From the NCBI GenBank assembly GCA_012295275.1, contig CM022672.1, forward strand, positions 31,000,001 through 31,064,000: a stretch of 64,000 nucleotides of DNA, in the 5' to 3' direction. The notes below the pieces were generated by a model. It searched no databases, was not told the DNA's origin, and worked only from the letters and a program-made list of their open reading frames with translations. Positions 1 to 64,000 of this stretch are shown here, piece after piece. Every line of letters starts with the position of its first letter. Position 1 is the first letter of the stretch. The stretch comes from Chrysomallon squamiferum. Taxonomy: Eukaryota > Animalia > Mollusca. Position numbers and translations under genes: made by a program.

Positions 1-1516
1 TCTTTGTTTTCGTTTTGAATATCGTTTTACGTGGACAATGTGTGCGGTCCGAAACGCTCAGCTATTCCTGTTATTTGAAACGACGTCTGCTAATACCGAG
101 TTGTGAGACGGCAAAGATTATGTCATCTGCACGCCACGACGTTCACCTCGCCGCAAGCCGTCGCGCCCGGCGCTGAGAGTTCTACGTGGATTCCTTTCAC
201 TTCCTGTCACGTCGCATTATCGTCTGCTAAACGCATTTACACTTAGCTTCACGACGTATTACAGTCATTCAGTAGATAAGTGAATAGACTGTCTACTTAT
301 TTTTTAAAAAAAAGAACAACAAAACAAAAGAAAGCACGACAGAAACGTTCTGTAATAGTCTAAGAAAATTAATACTGAGTGATAAATTAATAGACTGTCT
401 ATTTAATGAGAATTTTTTAAAATAAAAACAACAACAACAACAAAAAACCCTTAACTTTTTATACGTATAATAGTTGAATAAAAATAAGAATAAATTTATA
501 ATTGTTCTATTTTATCAGATACGTTACTGATATGTTTTAAATACTTAATACTTATCCGAAATATTATCTAAATTCGGCAGTTTTTATATTAATAATATAC
601 TTCAAAATATATTAAATATATAAAATATATGTAAAATATAATTTAAAATGTATTCGTTAATAATTGTTGTTTTGCCTGTAGGTAGGCATAAAAATAGAAA
701 GACACAAACTTGGTCTGGTTCTGTGGGGAGTGTCTGTTTTATAGCCCCGTTCAAGGGAGTGTAGAATATATATTTTACATACCTGCTGTCTGTCTCACAC
801 ACACACACACACACACGAGCATACATCGACGCATTTTTTTTTTAACACACGTAGATAGTCTATGAATTTATCATTTACTGAATTAATTCATTAATTCATA
901 CTGATTTTCATAAAACTATTAAACATATAGGACGTTATTTTATTAATAAACAGAAGTCTCTGAATTAATAATTTACTGAATGAGTCAACACGCACACACA
1001 CACACACACACACAGACACACACAGACACACGCACTGACACACAGACAGAGACAGACAGACAGACATTCTTACGTTCAGGTACTGAAGATGGTCTGGTTT
1101 CGTCAGAAGAAGAATTTTAAGGCTAACTAACTAGCTGGTGTTAAGCTTCGCGCTGATTCCATCACCGTGTTTACATATGCGGAAACGCAGGGGTGCCGCA
1201 AGCTCTCAAGCCAAAAGATTGTATCCCCGATTAGTTCGTTGTTACCTGCAACTTCACGTCTGCAACGTCGAAACCGAGTAAAGCAGACGATAAATTCACC
1301 CGACGTTGCAAAACGAGATAACAGACGCACGAGATCGTTTCGGCGAACGTTACCGAGCGAGTAAACGACTTCTCGCGAAGTGATTTAACGATCCGTGTGT
1401 ATAAAACGATTCGTTATTGAAAGAAATATGTATATGATTTTTAAATAATTATTTTGTCGCAGATACACATACAGAGATATGTGTGTGTGTATATATGTGT
1501 GTGTCTGTATATATAT

Positions 1517-1576
<60 letters not shown>

Positions 1577-2427
1577 GTGCATTTAATATTTTAAATTCCA
1601 ATAATGCCATTTTTTTATTTTTTTTTATTTGTACAAATTACTGGAACGCTAGAACTTAATTTACTGAATTGATTCCTAATGATAGGACAGGGCTAGTTTA
1701 GCTTGATGGATATAAAATATATATTTTTCTTTCTTTTCTGTCTTGTCGAGGAGTTCATTTTTCTTTTTGTTTTTTATCTTAATGTTTTATTCTTTTTGTT
1801 CGATGTATGTAGTAATTCATACAAAGGAATTTCAAAGGAATATTCTTATTTTATCTTTAATAAAATGACTAAATGGATATCGATTTCTGAAACAGAAGAT
1901 GGGTTTGAAAAAAAAAAAAAAAAAAAAAAAATCCTAACTATAATTAACGAGATAAATCGTAGATTACATTTGTTTTGAATGGCTACGATAACCAGCTATA
2001 AATGTAGTTTTATTATCATGTAAATTATCTTTTCTCGTCTGTTTTCTGAAAGCCGTGTTTTCTGAAGCTCAGCTAGATGTAGTTTTATTAGAAGATGGTC
2101 TCCGGTTCTTGGTGATAGCATACGAACGCCGCGTGCACAAAACAGATGTTTCATTTCAAGCTCGCAGATTTGAACGTGGCTAAAAATCGTACCGAAGTCA
2201 CGTGAAACTGTAACGCCGGCAGACGATAACTTTGAGCAGAGCTAATACGATTTGTCAGAGACACGTTTTAGCTGTTCCGGGAAACCTTTAATTAATTAAT
2301 TAGTGTTCTTCTTGTTATTATTCTGATTATTATTCATTTTCTTCATAATTTTTTTTCTTATCATTCATCGCTTTATTAGCGTAATTTGTAACAAACAGAA
2401 CTGTATTTTAAATGATGATGATGATGA

Positions 2428-2463
<36 letters not shown>

Positions 2464-4439
2464 TCGCCGTATTATCGTATTCTAGTAAGAAATAGGACTG
2501 TTTTAAACTTCCGACTCGTTTACATTCATCAGACATTTTATTTATTATTATGATTTTTTTTTTTTTTTGGGGGGGATATTTATAACTTATTTTAATTTCC
2601 CTAATACAATTAAAATATGGAGTCTAAAATCCAAACACGTCCGATAATAATAACACAACATAAATCATAATAATAATCTACAGTGTTTATTATTATTATT
2701 AAAAATTTCATGTAGAATCCGAAGATATTTCCGTATCAAATTTGGGGGGGGGGCACTTTTTTTTTTTTTTTTTTTTTTTTTGTGACGCAGCAAATCTGGT
2801 TTCATTCATTTTATTTGCAAACGACATTTACAAATAGTTTGACTCTGCTCCCAGCGATCAAACATGACGGCGTCTTCAGCTAATTGATCTATTTCCAAAC
2901 TGCCGGACATTTTTCTTGATCGCTACACGCCGCCACATGAAATGTTTCGCGTGTCAGTTTTTTTTTTTTTTTTTTGTTTGACTGGCACACTGACATTCAC
3001 AACTAGCAGCGCTAATTCCATTAAATATCAGATTTAGATAATCAGTTTACCATTCACAGTTTGTGTTAACAGAAAATAGCAGACGTTTTGTCAATTCCAG
3101 ACACTTAGTTTTTTTTTTTTTTTTTTCTGGGGGTAATAGATAAACGAGATGTATGTTTGTGTTTGTATGCGTGCATTCATGCGTACACACGTCTGTGCGT
3201 GCCGGTGTTTGTATTTTTTTTTTTTTGTTCGGTAATTATGTCGTAGAGTAAAATTACGTACCCTGAAATGAAGTATCATTGCAATAAAGCTGTAGAGAGG
3301 TTTGTTTTGTTTTGTTTTTTGTTGCTGTTTTTGTTTTTTTAGCTTCATTTTATTTCACTGTAAATTGATAAAAATCACATGGCGTTTAGAAATATTTTTA
3401 ATTCTGTGAAAACCAGTAACAACCAAATATAATTTAAATCTATTAATAGTAATCTTAGTTCGTTAATCGTCTGTATCTATTTAAAGAGCAAGTTATACGT
3501 CTGCGCAATTGATTCAGGTAATACGTTCGAAATCGTTCCCACTTTGTGCAAACGTAACGAACGCTCGTCCATGTGTTTTCTGTTACGTGTTCAGTGACTT
3601 CCGACGTCAGAACTCTTAAACATTTATTTCAGTAAATAAAGAAGTAAACTTTTTAATGAAGAAAATAAAAGGTGAAAGATATGAGATAAAGAGAGGAATA
3701 TAATTTATTTGTTCTTATAGAGTGCCTTTAATTTCTTTTTCTTCTTGCGGAAACGATGCCATTTTTTTTTTTTTTTTTTCTGCGTTTGTTTTAATCATTC
3801 CCAGTTTGTTCCAGTCACATCAGCTGATAGTAATAATAAGCTTGGCCTAAATATCCCGTGTTAATCTTGTCGCTAATAAATTTGGTTTCTTTAATTTATA
3901 TGCATTAATATCTATTATTAACTGGTTCTAATAGCTACAAAATTTGAGAAATTACTTTGACCAATTCTTTGATATCTAGAACTGACAGTATGTTATATGT
4001 TTCGGTTAAATCTTTTGAATAACAAAAAAAAATTAATTAATTTAAAATTAACTTAAGTTATTTAACATAATCGTAACTTTTAACAGGAACAAGCAATATA
4101 TTTTGTTCAGTAAAATACAATATTTTTCGAACCTATTAATTTCGTTTTTCCTAAAATTACTCATCTGGGATATTAGCCTGTTAATTTAAGTAATTTTAAT
4201 CAAACGGCTTGAGGTTGGTTTATGGTTGGTTTCCAAGTAGAAATTGTAATGATTTAATGTGATAGATAGCATGTTATCATCCTGAGTCTGCGGAAAGCAA
4301 CATGGACCAGATCAGCTGAAAAATGGCCATATGGTTTTGCTATCTTGTTTTCGTTTTACCAGATTCAGTGGTAAACATTTTTTTTTTTTTTTTTAGTGAA
4401 TCGTAAAATCTGGTTCATCTAATAAAAAGGTCAGCTTAT

Positions 4440-4695
4440 TTGTAACATTTTCATTCAGTTCTGTTGTAACAGTTACTTTTTCATTCAGCTCTGTTGTAAC
4501 ATTATTTGTTACATTTTCATTCAGCTCTGTTGTAACAGTTTGTTACATTTTCATTCAGCTCTGTTGTAACAGTATTTGTTACATTTTCATTCAGCTCTGC
4601 TGTAACAGTATTTGTTACATTTTTCATTCAGCTCTATTGTAACATTAACTGTTACATTTTTTCATTCAACTCTGTTGTAACATTATTTGTTAAGG
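4440..4695. repeat. minisatellite, ~37 bp unit, ~7 copies
   Basis: ttcattcagctctgttgtaacattatttgttacattt repeated; internal inverted repeat tgtaaca..tgttaca. Confidence 0.9.
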
Positions 4696-5434
4696 TGATT
4701 GAACATTAATTTAGTGTTAGCATTGTCAAGAACAACCACAAGAACAGCAACAGTGGTAGAGTATTAACAGTAATGGCTGTGGTAGTTGCAGTAGTAGCAG
4801 TTGTAGAAGTAGTAAAGTACTTGTAGACATTATAGTAGAAGTAGTAATAGTAATAGTTCCAAGGGTTTCAAAAGGGTGGAAAAAAAAAAAAAAAAAAAAA
4901 AAAACCAATAAAAAAAGCAACAACCCCAAAACAAAATGTATTCTGGATTATGATTATATAGTATCAATAACTAAATAAATTAACAGCATTTTTTTCTTTT
5001 TTGTGGATCCCTTGAAACAAACCACCACACAAAAGCTATCCCAATCCCTGTCCAGAAATAAAAACAGCTACAGTAAAATGTTACAGAATTCTGGAAAGAA
5101 AATTTCAATCCCACTTTGTCGTATAAAAATCATAATTATGTATCATCATTATTAAACAAATTATTTTTGTTGTAGTTGATATGATGATGATGATGATGAT
5201 GTATTGTTTTTCTTTTTGTCAGACATGTTCTGAAGTCAGCTGTTGTCAGTGATGATGATGATGATGATAGTAATAATGATGACGATGATGATGATAATAA
5301 TACTAGTAATAATAGTGATGAGGATGATAGTAATAATAATGATGATGATGATAATACTAGTAATGATGATGATGATGATGACAGTAATGATAATGATGAT
5401 GATGATAATGATGATTATGTTTCTCTTTTCTCAG

Positions 5435-63901
<58,467 letters not shown>

Positions 63902-63944
63902 GTAAATATTTTCCTTCTGTTTGTCACTTTTCATAAATTACTGG

Positions 63945-64000
<56 letters not shown>

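Noticed and set aside
1127-1364. Short ORFs in the CpG-rich 5' region as slit exons or a nested gene
   Set aside because: No LRR pattern, signal peptide or matched splice-site pair.

Overview
Eukaryotic (animal) genomic DNA, very AT-rich and full of microsatellites. A mollusc or other lophotrochozoan origin is inferred from composition and a Meta/MESC-like SINE, not shown. The whole window lies inside one + strand gene, slit, the secreted Robo ligand. I read 22 exon positions by hand, from the middle of LRR domain D1 to the start of D4. Most are 72-bp phase-2/2 single-LRR exons, plus 164-bp LRRCT exons and 145/151-bp LRRNT exons. The 5' exons and the EGF/LamG/cystine-knot exons lie outside the window. 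Nearly all ORFs in the supplied track are repeat artefacts. The most unusual pattern is that many exon edges have been tandemly copied into the neighbouring intron, giving polar arrays of decoy splice acceptors and donors (up to 11 extra copies). Two exons look broken in this sequence: the first D3 LRR exon is frameshifted, and only the ends of the D4 LRRNT exon remain. Both may be assembly errors. There is also a small Cys-rich linker exon between D3 and D4 and a SINE whose core has become a minisatellite. Coordinates were counted by eye and repeat boundaries are approximate.
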